From an uncultured delta proteobacterium (GTDB taxonomy: Bacteria > Desulfobacterota > Desulfobacteria > Desulfobacterales > Desulfatirhabdiaceae): a stretch of 64,000 nucleotides of DNA. The notes below the pieces were generated by a model, which was given only the letters and a program-made list of their open reading frames with translations, was not told the DNA's origin and made no database searches. The stretch lies in contig CAWBKP010000020.1 of assembly GCA_963789395.1 (NCBI GenBank), positions 167,882-231,881 of the forward strand, read 5' to 3'. The position numbers and the translations under genes were made by a program. Shown here one piece after another: positions 30,431-41,001 of this stretch (position 1 is its first letter; each line of letters starts with the position of its first letter).

Positions 30431-31990
30431 TCACTTAAGCCCGGAGCGCCCCGGCAGCAGCAGGACCATGGGGATGGTGCTCAGAAACAGAAGGCCGAAG
30501 ATCCACGATACATCGTTGTAGGCCAGCATGGTCGACTGCATGTTCACGACCCTGTCTGTCAGAAGCTGCACCGCATGCTGCATGGCCTGGGGATTGAGGC
30601 CCATATGTCCCAGCGCCCTGGAAGCAACGCGGCTGTATTCGGCATAAGCCGGGCTGAAAGGATTCACATGCTCGACCAGGTAGTTGCGGTGGATCTGCTG
30701 GCCCCGGGAAACAATGGTTGCGGCCAGCGCATACCCGATGTTGCCGCCGACCCGGCGCGCCAGCGTATACATGCTCGTGGCATCGGTCATGTCCGGCCTG
30801 GGTACGGTAGATAGTGAAAGCGTGCTTAAGGTTACGAAAATGAACGGCATGCCGGCGCCCATGATCAGCAGCATGGGAACCAGGTTCCAGAATCCAGTCG
30901 TTAGCGACAGCCTCGAAAGATCATAATATGACCAGACGGTGATGCCGACACCGATCAATGCCAGCACCCGCGCATCGACATGGTTGTAAAGTCTTCCCAC
31001 GATGGGCATGAAGATCAGCAGCATGAATGCGCGCGGCGCCAGTGCCAGCCCTGCCTGGAATGCCGGATATCCCAGCAGTTCCTGGGTAAACTGCGGCAGG
31101 ATGAATGTGGTACCGAAAAGCGCGATGCCGAAGATGACCCCCACCGCGGAGCCGAGCGTCAAATTGATGTTGCGCAGAATCCGGAAATTGATCACCGGCT
31201 CCGGGATCTTCAACTCCCAGAACACCAGGCCGATCAATGCTGCGACACAGAGGACGGTCCCAAACAGGATCATGCGCGAATCAAACCAGTTCTCGCTCTG
31301 TCCACGCTCCAGCACGATCTGCATGGCGGTAAGCGAAACAGCCAGCAGGGCGATTCCGAGCCAGTCGACTTTCCGGACCCCGCGCCGCAGATAGTGCGGG
31401 TCATGAACAAAAGCGCCGACCATCAACATGCCGGCGATACTGACCGGGATGTTGATGAAAAAAATCCAGGGCCATCCATAGTTATCCGTCAGCCAGCCGC
31501 CCACAATCGGCCCAAGTGCAGGTGCCAGCACGACCCCCATGCCGAATATGGCCATGGCCATCCCCTGTTCTTCTTTGGGAAACGATTCTCGCAGAATGGC
31601 CTGCGAAACCGGTATCAATGAACCGCCGCCGATGCCCTGAAGGACACGGTAGAAGAGCATCTGGGGAAATGTTGTCGCCGTGCCGCAGAGAACGGATCCC
31701 AGCGTGAACAGTCCGAACGACCACAGATACAGCCGTTTCCGGCCGATGAGCGTACTGAACCAGCCGGACATGGTTATCATGATGATTTCAGCGATGCTGT
31801 AAGCGGTGGCCACCCAGGTGATCGACGACAGGTCCTCGCTGAATGTTCCCATCATGTGCGGCATGGCCACGTTGACGACGCTGATGTCCATGACCGCCAT
31901 GAACGCACCGAACATGACGGTAAAGGCCACCACCCATTTATTGACCGCCATGACCGGGACGTCGGCGGCATTTCCGGAAGGACCGTTCAT
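30431..31990 (-). CDS. DHA2 (EmrB/QacA) MFS efflux permease
   Basis: DISVVNVAMP, WVATAY, RVLQGIGGG, LGPIVGGWL..WPWIFFINIP. Confidence 0.95.
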   Translation of the reverse strand: MNGPSGNAADVPVMAVNKWVVAFTVMFGAFMAVMDISVVNVAMPHMMGTFSEDLSSITWVATAYSIAEIIMITMSGWFSTLIGRKRLYLWSFGLFTLGSVLCGTATTFPQMLFYRVLQGIGGGSLIPVSQAILRESFPKEEQGMAMAIFGMGVVLAPALGPIVGGWLTDNYGWPWIFFINIPVSIAGMLMVGAFVHDPHYLRRGVRKVDWLGIALLAVSLTAMQIVLERGQSENWFDSRMILFGTVLCVAALIGLVFWELKIPEPVINFRILRNINLTLGSAVGVIFGIALFGTTFILPQFTQELLGYPAFQAGLALAPRAFMLLIFMPIVGRLYNHVDARVLALIGVGITVWSYYDLSRLSLTTGFWNLVPMLLIMGAGMPFIFVTLSTLSLSTVPRPDMTDATSMYTLARRVGGNIGYALAATIVSRGQQIHRNYLVEHVNPFSPAYAEYSRVASRALGHMGLNPQAMQHAVQLLTDRVVNMQSTMLAYNDVSWIFGLLFLSTIPMVLLLPGRSGLK

Positions 31991-33374
31991 GGCGCGGCGG
32001 CGGCTCCAGCCTTGGCGGGGGGCGGGACTTGAATGTTCCGGGGATCTTTGGATGTGCGGGCAGGTTTTCCCTTGGCGCTGACGGTCACTTCCGCCACGAC
32101 CGACATCCCCGGGGCCAGCAGCGCTTTAGCCGTTTCTTCCGGTTGATCGAAAACGATTTTGACCGGTATCCGCTGAACGACTTTGACATAGTTGCCGGTG
32201 GCGTTTTCCGGCGGCAGCAGGCTGAAGCGGGCGCCCGTCCCGCGCTGAATGCTGTCCACAACGCCGTGGAAAGTGAGCTCGGGATAGGCGTCCACCGTAA
32301 TCTCGACCGGCTGACCCGGCTGCATTTGCGTCAGTTGTGTTTCCTTGAAATTGGCCGTTGTCCATACTGCACGGGGTACGATGGCCAGAAGCGATTGTCC
32401 GGCCTGAACGAACTGGCCCGGTTCAACTCCTTTTTTGGTGACAAAACCGTCGCAAGGCGCATAAATTTTTGTATAGGATAGGTTCAACCGGGCCTGTGCG
32501 ACGTCGGCCATCGCCTTGTCGATATCCGCGCGGGACACGTCCGCCTGGGAGCGGCTCTGCTTGATCCGCTGGGGTGCGGACCGTGCGGCGACCAGACGGG
32601 ATTCGGCCTGGCGCAGATTGGCTTCCGCAGCTTTCAGCGATGCCTCGGCCTCCCGGACCATGGCCTTCTGGGTGTCTATTTTCTTTTCCGCAGCTGTCTG
32701 GGCAGATGCGGAAATCTGTTCGGCGGCTGCCGCGTGATCCAGATCCTGGGGTGACACGGTCCGGGCCTGCCCATTTCCCGATACCGCTTCAGGTCCGCGG
32801 CGTCGCGCTGATGCCGCGCAATTGCTGAATCAGCCTCTGCAACAGCCTGATCGAGCGATGCTCTGGACAGGGCGATGCCGGCATGGGCTTTCTGAACGAG
32901 GGCTTTTGCGGCTTCCACATTATCTTTGGCTTCAGCCAGTTCCGCTGTGGCGGTGATCGTGGTCAGCTCCACCGCGACATTTCTGGCCCGGTCGCCGGCT
33001 GTTGCGGCCTCAAGGACTGCGGTTGCCGCATCCAGCCGGGCCTCGAAATCATGCGGATCCAGCTCGACCAAAAGGTCGCCGGCGTTGACAAGCTGGTTGT
33101 CTCTTGCCTGGACACCGGCCACATGCCCGGCCACCCTCGGGCTGATAGAAACGATATTGCCGTCGATGAACGCATCGTCGGTGGATTCGTGCGACAAGGC
33201 ATGCAGATAATACCGTATACCGAAGGCCACTGACAGGATTATCAGTCCGGCGGATCCCCACCGGATTATTTTTTTGCGGCGCGAATTCCCGGGTGCGCCT
33301 ACGGGGGCAACAACCGGCTTTGCGGATGGCGTTTCACCCGATGGGTTCTCATTGTCTTGGATTGTCTGTGTCAT
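31987..33374 (-). CDS. HlyD/EmrA family periplasmic adaptor; frameshift near 32770
   Basis: STDDAFI..ISPRVAG in ORF 32676..33374; ANFKETQL and FSLLPPENATGNYVKVVQRIPV in ORF 31987..32757. Confidence 0.9.
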
Positions 33375-34797
33375 CTCTTACCCAGTTTTTCACTTCATGG
33401 AAATCGTTTTCCGCAGAGGGAAGCCAGGCGGAAAGATCCGGCGCCAGCGTCCCTGTAACGCGCTGAAGTCTCAAATAGTCGATGTTTCGATTGAACCGCG
33501 CGAAGGAAAGATCCAGTTCTGCGGAAAGAAGGGCATCCTGTGCGACCAGCCGCTCGAGGTTTGTCCCGAGTCCTGCGTTAAATGCCGCTTCCGTCTGCCG
33601 CATTCCCTCCTTTGCCGCATTTGCCTGAATGCCCAGCTGATCGATCTGCAGATCGTCCCTGCGGAGATTCTCCACGGCCGTCCGCAGATCCTTCAGCACC
33701 TGCCGACGGGCATAGGATTCGGCCAGACGGGCCTGGCGCAACCGGGAATAGGCGGTGCGGATATCCGCGTGAATCAGCCCTGCGGAAAAAATCGGGATGT
33801 TGACCTGGATCAGGGAAGACCAGTCCACATCGTCGGGAAAAGTCTGCCGGGACAGATAGCGGGTCAGGTTGAGGGAGACCGACGGGAAATACCGGCCCCA
33901 TGCTGCTTCCAGCGTGGCCGTTGCAACCTTCACCCTTTCCTTTTCGGCAAGCATATCTTGACGGTACGCATCGGCAAGCTTCAGCAGGGGTTCGATCCGC
34001 CAGTCCGTTGCCGGAACTGTTAGTCCGTCGGTTAGCGGCCCGGTTACTTCCGGTACGCCGATTAATAAGGCCAGCATGGCCCGCCCGGTATTCACGTCGT
34101 CTTCTGCCTGAATCAATGTATTGCGTGTTTTTGCAAGTTGTGCCCGGCTCAGGGAGACATCCACGGGACGTGCCACCCCGGCGTTCTGCTTCACCAGGAT
34201 GTCTTCGAGGCCCTGCCGGGCAACTTCAATGGAATGTCGTAAAACCGCAACCTGCTTTTCCGAGCGCATGATCTGAAAATAGGTCCTGGCGACATCCAGC
34301 ATGAGAATCGCCTGACGATCCAGAAGCATGGCCCGATGCATCTCCGCGTAATTGCCGGCTGCCTGCAGGGCCGGGAGATCGCGAAACGGGTGCAGATCCA
34401 TTTTCCCAACCACGGGCACATCGTTTGCCTGAACGGGTTCAAACTGGGCGATCAAGGGGTTTTCGGGAGCAAGCGCCGTCTTTCCCTGGAACATGAATGT
34501 CGGGGTCAGGCTGATCGTCGGCAGAAAGGCCGCAAAGGCGCGGTCCTTGTCGATCAAGGCCTGAAGGTAATTCTCACCCGACATGGCCAGCTGCTCGTTA
34601 TTCGTGTTGGCCAGCTCCAGGGCATCCACCAGAGAAAGCGGGTCTTCGGGAGAAAACGGTGCAAAAGGCCTGGATTTTCCGTCGTCGAGCACCTGCCGGT
34701 AATACTGAACATCCTTGTCCTGATTCACCGCGCATCCGGTTATCAGTAAGACCAGCACCAGACCGGCCGGCCATGTCCGATGAAACCGTTTCAACAC
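33349..34797 (-). CDS. TolC family outer membrane factor (lipoprotein)
   Basis: Lipobox ITGC; FLPTISL, VARTYF, YFPSVSL, IPIFSAG; GTG start overlaps the TetR stop. Confidence 0.9.
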   Translation of the reverse strand: MLKRFHRTWPAGLVLVLLITGCAVNQDKDVQYYRQVLDDGKSRPFAPFSPEDPLSLVDALELANTNNEQLAMSGENYLQALIDKDRAFAAFLPTISLTPTFMFQGKTALAPENPLIAQFEPVQANDVPVVGKMDLHPFRDLPALQAAGNYAEMHRAMLLDRQAILMLDVARTYFQIMRSEKQVAVLRHSIEVARQGLEDILVKQNAGVARPVDVSLSRAQLAKTRNTLIQAEDDVNTGRAMLALLIGVPEVTGPLTDGLTVPATDWRIEPLLKLADAYRQDMLAEKERVKVATATLEAAWGRYFPSVSLNLTRYLSRQTFPDDVDWSSLIQVNIPIFSAGLIHADIRTAYSRLRQARLAESYARRQVLKDLRTAVENLRRDDLQIDQLGIQANAAKEGMRQTEAAFNAGLGTNLERLVAQDALLSAELDLSFARFNRNIDYLRLQRVTGTLAPDLSAWLPSAENDFHEVKNWVRDDTDNPRQ

Positions 34798-35378
34798 GGG
34801 CCCTCCTTGACAACGATTGCGCTGCTGACAAACCTCAGGATATGATCGGTCAGAATCTCCCGATCGACGGTTTCGATGCCATCGAGCAGCACCGAGCGAA
34901 CGCAGCCCGGGATATACCGCGCGGTAAATTCCGGATGGGGGTCGGCAAAAACCCCCTGAGCGATGCCCAGGCGGATAATGGATTCGATCAGTCCTCTTAA
35001 TTCCCTGCGTTTGGCATCCCACTTGCTTCTGTCTATGGCTTCCCAGCCGGGGATCGTGCGCATCACCTCGAACACCTGGGGATTTTGATAGGCAAAATGG
35101 ACGATTTCCCGTATCATCACCTCCATATTTTCCACGGGGTCATTCGTATCTTCATCCATTTGTTCGCGAAGCAGGTCCACCAGACTGCTAAACCCGTTGT
35201 ACAGCACTGAAAGATAAAGGTCTTCCTTGCTCTTGAAATAGATGTAAAGCGTACCTTTTCCCACGGCCGCTGCTTCGGCCACATCACTCAGCAGCACCTT
35301 GTGAAAGGGTTGCGAGGCGAACAGTCCGGCTGCAGCCGCCAGAATTTTTGCCCGTTTCTGTTCATCGAGTACCTGCAC
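34791..35378 (-). CDS. TetR/AcrR family regulator
   Basis: ILAAAAGLF..DVAEAAAVGKGTLYIYFKSKEDL. Confidence 0.95.
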   Translation of the reverse strand: MQVLDEQKRAKILAAAAGLFASQPFHKVLLSDVAEAAAVGKGTLYIYFKSKEDLYLSVLYNGFSSLVDLLREQMDEDTNDPVENMEVMIREIVHFAYQNPQVFEVMRTIPGWEAIDRSKWDAKRRELRGLIESIIRLGIAQGVFADPHPEFTARYIPGCVRSVLLDGIETVDREILTDHILRFVSSAIVVKEGPC

Positions 35379-35382
35379 GGCG

Positions 35383-36027
35383 CTAAATACCTTTCTGGAT
35401 CCGGTTTGTAAGCGAAACGATTATTTCCTCGGCCGCATCGAATCCAATCTCTGATATGTCGATTGAAAGATGATAGTTGCGGGCATCGTACCATGACCGT
35501 CCGGTAAGCCGCTCGACATATCTCTCCCGGTTCCGGTCCGTTGAATCGATCATTTCCTCTGCCGTGGTCGGATTGCCGGCTCCGTAAAGTTTAATCATGC
35601 GCGCGATGCGGAATGGACGCGATGCATGAACAAAAAGGTTCAGCATCCGTGCCCGGCCGGCGAGTAGATGGAAACCGCATCGGCCGACGATCACGCAGGA
35701 GCCCTCGGCAACCAGGCGCGGCAGCACCCGCTGTTCCGCATCGATCAGGGCTTCGTCTGAAATGATCCGCGGCGGGGGGGTGCTCATCATGAATTCGGGG
35801 CACCCGGTTGAAAATGATTCCACCATCCGCGCCCAGAAACTCTGGATGCGTTCCTCCCGGTGGGCCAGCTCGGCCTCGCTCATTCCCAGCTCCCGGGCCG
35901 CGTGCTGAAGTATCTGACGATCCAGATAGGCAAAGCCCAGCCGGCAGGCAAGTCGCTGTCCCAGCTCCGATCCGCCGCTTCCCAGTTGTCTGGCAACCGT
36001 GATTTGAAAAGGTAATGGTGCGGTCAT
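35383..36027 (-). CDS. Cytidylate kinase-like family protein
   Basis: ITVARQLGSGG, CVIVGRCG, YHLSID. Confidence 0.85.
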   Translation of the reverse strand: MTAPLPFQITVARQLGSGGSELGQRLACRLGFAYLDRQILQHAARELGMSEAELAHREERIQSFWARMVESFSTGCPEFMMSTPPPRIISDEALIDAEQRVLPRLVAEGSCVIVGRCGFHLLAGRARMLNLFVHASRPFRIARMIKLYGAGNPTTAEEMIDSTDRNRERYVERLTGRSWYDARNYHLSIDISEIGFDAAEEIIVSLTNRIQKGI

Positions 36028-36072
36028 GGTATCCCTCTGGTCATAAAAAAATGTGAATTCCTCAAGGATTAG

Positions 36073-36147
36073 CCCGTCCGTACCAACCGGCCAATACTGA
36101 CCAGCCGGTACTGACGGGAAGATATCGCTTCACCATCACCTTGTCAA
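36073..36147 (-). promoter_or_regulatory. Sigma70 promoter and probable TetR operator
   Basis: TTGACA-17-TATCTT (36147-36119) abutting the inverted repeat CCCGTCCGTACC..GGTACTGACGGG (36073-36118). Confidence 0.7.
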
Positions 36148-36179
36148 GGCAAGTTAGTGTCAATAAACAGAAGCGTGGG

Positions 36180-37040
36180 TTATGGAGGAATTGCGGGCAG
36201 CAGGTTTTTCAGGCGGATCGTATAATTGACCGGTGCATGGTCGGAAAGAAATTCAGGCGGATCCATCCATCGGCGGGTTGCGCTGGATTTATGAACGGCA
36301 AAGAAATCATTCTTTAAACAGATCAAAACGCCGGCATGACGGTACCCGGGGGAGATGGCGGCCGGCGGCATGGAAGGGATTAGGTCACGATCGTTTTCAA
36401 CCCGGTAAAGGCGGGTGGATGCCAGAGAACGGATAAAAGCGGCATCCCCGGTTTTTGGCGCACCGAACGTGTAAACTAAGGCTTCCGGGCGCATGGATGC
36501 CGCCAGCACGGCCAGTGCTCCGCCCAGACTGTGGCCGGTGAAAAACAGGGGAAGATTCATCCGTGAAAGCGCCGGGTCGATTTTTTGCCAGAGACGGGTG
36601 AAGCCGGCTTTGAAACCGCGATGAACCGATCCGCCGCCTGGCCAGGATCTCAGACTTGAATTCAGGTTGGACGGCCAGCTTTTGAACCCCATGGTCCCTC
36701 GAAAGACCAGAACCGCAAACGGAGCAGAGGCTTCGATATCCGGCGTGACAAGGGAGCAGTAGTTTGTTCCGTGGCAAAAAGACTGAATTTCTTTTAATCC
36801 GACACTGTGCAATATTTCCGACCGGGTGGGGGGCAGGGCAGATTCGCCGGCCTCATCCGGGTCCTGCCGGTATATCAGGCGGGAAAGCTCGCACAGCCAC
36901 CAGGCATTGGTCAGGCTGAAATCCGGTGCGCCGGGATCAAATACATGCAAACCAGCCGGATCGAAATACCGGTTGGATATCCACGGCCGCAGCAATGCAT
37001 TCCAGGATGTGTCGGGCGGCAATATCCTTTGTTTGATCAA
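36180..37040 (-). CDS. Lipase class 3 family protein
   Basis: VFRGT, VHRGF, GHSLGG, YTFGAP, DLIP. Confidence 0.9.
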   Translation of the reverse strand: MIKQRILPPDTSWNALLRPWISNRYFDPAGLHVFDPGAPDFSLTNAWWLCELSRLIYRQDPDEAGESALPPTRSEILHSVGLKEIQSFCHGTNYCSLVTPDIEASAPFAVLVFRGTMGFKSWPSNLNSSLRSWPGGGSVHRGFKAGFTRLWQKIDPALSRMNLPLFFTGHSLGGALAVLAASMRPEALVYTFGAPKTGDAAFIRSLASTRLYRVENDRDLIPSMPPAAISPGYRHAGVLICLKNDFFAVHKSSATRRWMDPPEFLSDHAPVNYTIRLKNLLPAIPP

Positions 37041-37096
37041 AAAATACCCCCTCAGTTTTTTTTATGATCATACTGCAATCTGCGTAGATACAATCT

Positions 37097-38233
37097 TCAG
37101 CCCGTCAGATTCAGGGCCGACGCGTTGATGATGCTCGGTGCGGACTGGGGCGGATTCTCTTTTAAAAAAGGGGCGATGTCCGGGTGCTGCCACACCCCAA
37201 AGCCCATCAGGATTCCCGCCACATTGCATGCGGCAAGAATGGCCATCCCCTCCCGGGTCCAGGAAGTAGCCGATCCGATATGGGGAACCAGAACAACATT
37301 TTCCAGCTCATCCAGACCGGATTTCAGTGCGGGTTCATCTTCAAAGACATCCAGTCCGGCCCTGAAATCGGGGTGCGTGCGGCAGTGGGCAACCAGCGCG
37401 GCCTCATCAATAATCGGGCCGCGGCTCGTGTTGACCAGGACGGCATCCGGTTTCATCAGGGCCAGGCGTTCGGCATTGATCAGGTGGTGGGTAGATTCGT
37501 CCAGAACGGTGTGAATGCTGACGCAGTCGGCCGTTTTCAGCAGATCTTCCAGTGTATCGGATCTGCTGCAACTGACGGGTTCTTCGCCGCGGGCTTTCAA
37601 AAATCCGGAATAATCCTGGATACAGGTTTCCAGACCGGGATTGGGGGTAAGATCATAATAAATCAGGTGCATCTTGTGGCCTTCGACCATCATGCGGCCA
37701 TAAGCCGTGCCGATGCGCCCTGCGCCCACAATGCCGACGGTTCGCCCGTAAAGAAGCTTGCCCAGAAACAGGGCAGGCAGCCAGCCCCGATAGTTTCCGG
37801 CGCGCAGGAACCTTTCGGATTCGCCTGTTCGCCGTGCCGCGGCAAAGGTCAGTGCCAGAGCCATTTCAGCCGTGGTTTCGGTCAATACCCCCGGCGTGTT
37901 GCCGACCGGGATTCCATGCCGGCTTGCGGCAGCCACATCCACATTGTTATACCCAACGGCATAATTGCTGTAGGCACGACCGCCGGCGGCTTTAAGCGCT
38001 GCAAACAGCGTATCGCCCCAGTCTTCGGTCAACTGCCCGATGACCGCGTCGCACCGGCTGCCGATGGCTGCCTTGATTTGCGCAACTTCCAGCACATCGG
38101 TTGATGTACAGACCTCGACCCTGCAGTCGGCCCGGATCAATATCCGGAGCCAACGATCTCCGGGCAGGTCTTTGGTGACGAGAACCCGATTGCCGCCATC
38201 TGGATTGTGTATCTTCCATTCATGTGAAGTCAT
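37097..38233 (-). CDS. D-glycerate dehydrogenase / hydroxypyruvate reductase (plant HPR1-like)
   Basis: VIGQLTEDWG, AVGYNNVDV, NTPGVLTETTAE, GAGRIG, GLDVFEDEP, PHIGSA. Confidence 0.9.
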   Translation of the reverse strand: MTSHEWKIHNPDGGNRVLVTKDLPGDRWLRILIRADCRVEVCTSTDVLEVAQIKAAIGSRCDAVIGQLTEDWGDTLFAALKAAGGRAYSNYAVGYNNVDVAAASRHGIPVGNTPGVLTETTAEMALALTFAAARRTGESERFLRAGNYRGWLPALFLGKLLYGRTVGIVGAGRIGTAYGRMMVEGHKMHLIYYDLTPNPGLETCIQDYSGFLKARGEEPVSCSRSDTLEDLLKTADCVSIHTVLDESTHHLINAERLALMKPDAVLVNTSRGPIIDEAALVAHCRTHPDFRAGLDVFEDEPALKSGLDELENVVLVPHIGSATSWTREGMAILAACNVAGILMGFGVWQHPDIAPFLKENPPQSAPSIINASALNLTG

Positions 38234-38564
38234 ATTGAAACCCTCTTGTTTGTTTCATGCGGTGATGAAACGCAACTGAAATATGTTTTTTCATCAACCA
38301 GATAACCGTTTTGATACCGCCGATTCCGTTAATAATCAACAAGGCTTTTGAACATTCCATCTTCAAAGATATCTCTTTTCCGATTTTCGAGATGAAAAAT
38401 ATGGAATTGATTTAAACTATCCGATCTGATACGGATATCCATCCGTATACATTTTGCAGGCTGAAAGGAGGGAGCGTCAAGGTACATACAAGTGGGAGCC
38501 GGCATGCGTTGATGCCAAACAGGACCAACCGGATATCTATTTATCTCAAACAGCAGGTTACCCG

Positions 38565-39896
38565 ATGCCACGAAAAAAGAAAACCACGTACATTCTGGAC
38601 ACCAACGTCATTCTTCATGACAGTGCCTGTATTTATCAATTTGCGGAAAACAATGTCGTTATCCCCGTAACGGTTATAGAAGAACTCGATCAGTTTAAAA
38701 AAGGCAGTGAAATACTGAACTTTCATGCCCGCCAGTTTGTCCGCACGCTGGATCTGCTGTGCGGCGAACAGTTGTTTAACGGCGGCGTACCGATCGGCCC
38801 GGGTCTGGGGAAAATAAACGTCAAGCTGGACAGAAAATTCCATGAAGACCTTGTTTTAAGCTTTTCGGAATCCAGGCCTGACCATCATGTCCTCAATATC
38901 GCCTACCACACCGCCAAGGAAAATCCATCCTTACAGGTCATTCTGGTCACCAAGGACGTCAACCTGCGCATCAAGGCAAAATCCATCGGCCTGGTGGCAC
39001 AGGATTATAAAAGCGATCAGATAAAAGACATTTCAGCGCTTTATACCGGAAAACGTTATGTCGAAAATATCCCGGGATTCCTTTTGAATAAACTGTATGA
39101 AGCACCTTTTGAACTGGACCCGTCGGAGCTGCCGCTGGAAATGGAACCCGTGGCCAATGAATACTTCATACTCAGAAACGACAGTAAATCCGCTCTGGCA
39201 ATGTATGATTCTTCAAGCCTGAAAATCCGTCGCATTGATAAAAATCCGGCTTTCGGCATCGCTCCCCGCAATGCGGAGCAGACCTTTGCCCTGGACGCCC
39301 TGACCAACACCAATATTCAACTGGTGACGCTCAGCGGAAAAGCCGGCACCGGGAAAACCCTCCTTGCGCTGGCTGCCGCGCTGCAACGCAAAAAGAATTA
39401 CCGCCAGATTTTTCTGGCAAGGCCGGTTGTTCCGCTCAGCAATAAGGATATCGGCTTTCTTCCGGGAGATATTCAATCCAAGCTGGACCCGTACATGCAG
39501 CCCTTGTTTGATAATTTAAGCGTCATCAAGGCGCATTTCAGCAAATCCGAATCCTCGCGGGATGACGTCAACAAACTGCTGCAGGAAAATAAACTGGTCA
39601 TATCCGCACTGGCTTATATTCGCGGACGCAGTCTGGTGAACATATACTTTATCGTCGATGAGGCACAGAATCTGACTCCCCATGAAGTCAAAACGATCAT
39701 TACCCGGGCCGGTGAGAATACGAAAATCGTATTGACCGGCGATATTTTTCAGATCGATCACCCCTATCTGAACACGCAGTCCAACGGGCTCAGCTATCTG
39801 ATTGAAAAAATGCACGGACAAAAACTCTATGCTCACATCAATCTGGAAAAAGGAGAACGCTCGGAACTCTCCGAACTGGCCAGCAATCTGTTATAG
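38565..39896 (+). CDS. PIN-PhoH (PhoH2-type) ATPase
   Basis: YILDTNV PIN domain; GKAGTGKT, IGFLPG, YIRGRS, VDEAQN, GDIFQID. Confidence 0.9.
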   Translation: MPRKKKTTYILDTNVILHDSACIYQFAENNVVIPVTVIEELDQFKKGSEILNFHARQFVRTLDLLCGEQLFNGGVPIGPGLGKINVKLDRKFHEDLVLSFSESRPDHHVLNIAYHTAKENPSLQVILVTKDVNLRIKAKSIGLVAQDYKSDQIKDISALYTGKRYVENIPGFLLNKLYEAPFELDPSELPLEMEPVANEYFILRNDSKSALAMYDSSSLKIRRIDKNPAFGIAPRNAEQTFALDALTNTNIQLVTLSGKAGTGKTLLALAAALQRKKNYRQIFLARPVVPLSNKDIGFLPGDIQSKLDPYMQPLFDNLSVIKAHFSKSESSRDDVNKLLQENKLVISALAYIRGRSLVNIYFIVDEAQNLTPHEVKTIITRAGENTKIVLTGDIFQIDHPYLNTQSNGLSYLIEKMHGQKLYAHINLEKGERSELSELASNLL

Positions 39897-39987
39897 GACC
39901 ATGAACAAATAAGCTGTTCTATTACCTGTCAAGAGTTGACTAACATCGATCTTCATCAATAAACCTTGAGCAACGGGGGAGTAATCT

Positions 39988-40557
39988 ATGGGAAAAATCA
40001 AAATTGACTGCGGTGCGGCTTTTTTATATCCGATGCCGATGGTATTGGTAGGCGCTGTGGTTGCGGGGAAAGCCAATTTCATGGCGGTGGGCTGGGTTTC
40101 GAGAGTCAATTTCAAACCGCCTTTATTTGCCGTTGCATTGGGCCCTCACCATACGAATAAAGGCATTGATGAAAACAAAGAATTCAGCATCAATATTCCG
40201 GATGCGTCGTTAATCGCCAAAACCGATTATTGCGGACTGGTTTCAGGAAGTAAAACAGATAAATCCGAACTGTTTAAGATTTTTTATGGTGAGTTGGGCA
40301 AAGCGCCGCTGATTGAAGAATGTCCGGTTTGCATGTCATGTGCCGTCTATGATGCGGTCAAGCTTCCGTCTAATACGCTTTTCATAGGCGAGCCGAAAGA
40401 GGTGTTTACGGAAGAGAAATATCTGACCGATACCCAGCTGGATATTAACAAATTCAATCCCTTCACATTGACGATGCCGGATAATCGGTATTGGTCTGTC
40501 GGTGAAAATCTCGGAAAGGCATGGCATATCGGAAAAAGTTTAAAGAAAAGCGGATGA
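39988..40557 (+). CDS. Flavin reductase family protein (flavoredoxin-like)
   Basis: YPMPMVLVG, EFSINIP, DYCGLVSG..DK, APLIEECP. Confidence 0.85.
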   Translation: MGKIKIDCGAAFLYPMPMVLVGAVVAGKANFMAVGWVSRVNFKPPLFAVALGPHHTNKGIDENKEFSINIPDASLIAKTDYCGLVSGSKTDKSELFKIFYGELGKAPLIEECPVCMSCAVYDAVKLPSNTLFIGEPKEVFTEEKYLTDTQLDINKFNPFTLTMPDNRYWSVGENLGKAWHIGKSLKKSG

Positions 40558-40598
40558 TTTTTTGAGTCAGGGTTTCTTTGATACGGAAGGAGCAATAT

Positions 40599-40967
40599 AT
40601 GATTGAACACACCATCGACACCGTGCATTCCATTCTGTATGTGCGGCCAAAGTCTGCGCTCGCAAAAGACGACTTTTTAAAGCTTGCGAAAACGGTCGAT
40701 CCATACATTGAAAAAACGGGGGATCTTGCCGGCCTCATCATCGATGCCCCTGCCTTCCCGGGATGGGAAACTCTCGGAGCAATGGCAACCCACTTCCGCT
40801 TTGTGCGGGATCATCACAAGCACGTCAAGAAGATTGCCCTCGTAACCGATTCCGCCATGGGAAATGTCGCAGAAAAGCTGGCGTCACATTTTGTGGCAGC
40901 CGAAATCCGGCATTTTCCTGCGGGGGAGCTTGAGGCTGCAAAACAATGGATCATGAACCGGCCTTGA
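40599..40967 (+). CDS. STAS/SEC14 (SpoIIAA-like) protein
   Basis: FPGWE..A..HFRFVRDHH..KIALVTD pattern; AGGAG RBS. Confidence 0.8.
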   Translation: MIEHTIDTVHSILYVRPKSALAKDDFLKLAKTVDPYIEKTGDLAGLIIDAPAFPGWETLGAMATHFRFVRDHHKHVKKIALVTDSAMGNVAEKLASHFVAAEIRHFPAGELEAAKQWIMNRP

Positions 40968-41001
40968 TTTGCCTGTCCCTGCTGCCGGAAAAGGAAAGTT
41001 T

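Noticed and set aside
33274..34023. 249-aa plus-strand ORF
   Set aside because: Antisense shadow of the TolC gene
37184..38104. 306-aa plus-strand ORF
   Set aside because: Antisense shadow of the hydroxypyruvate reductase
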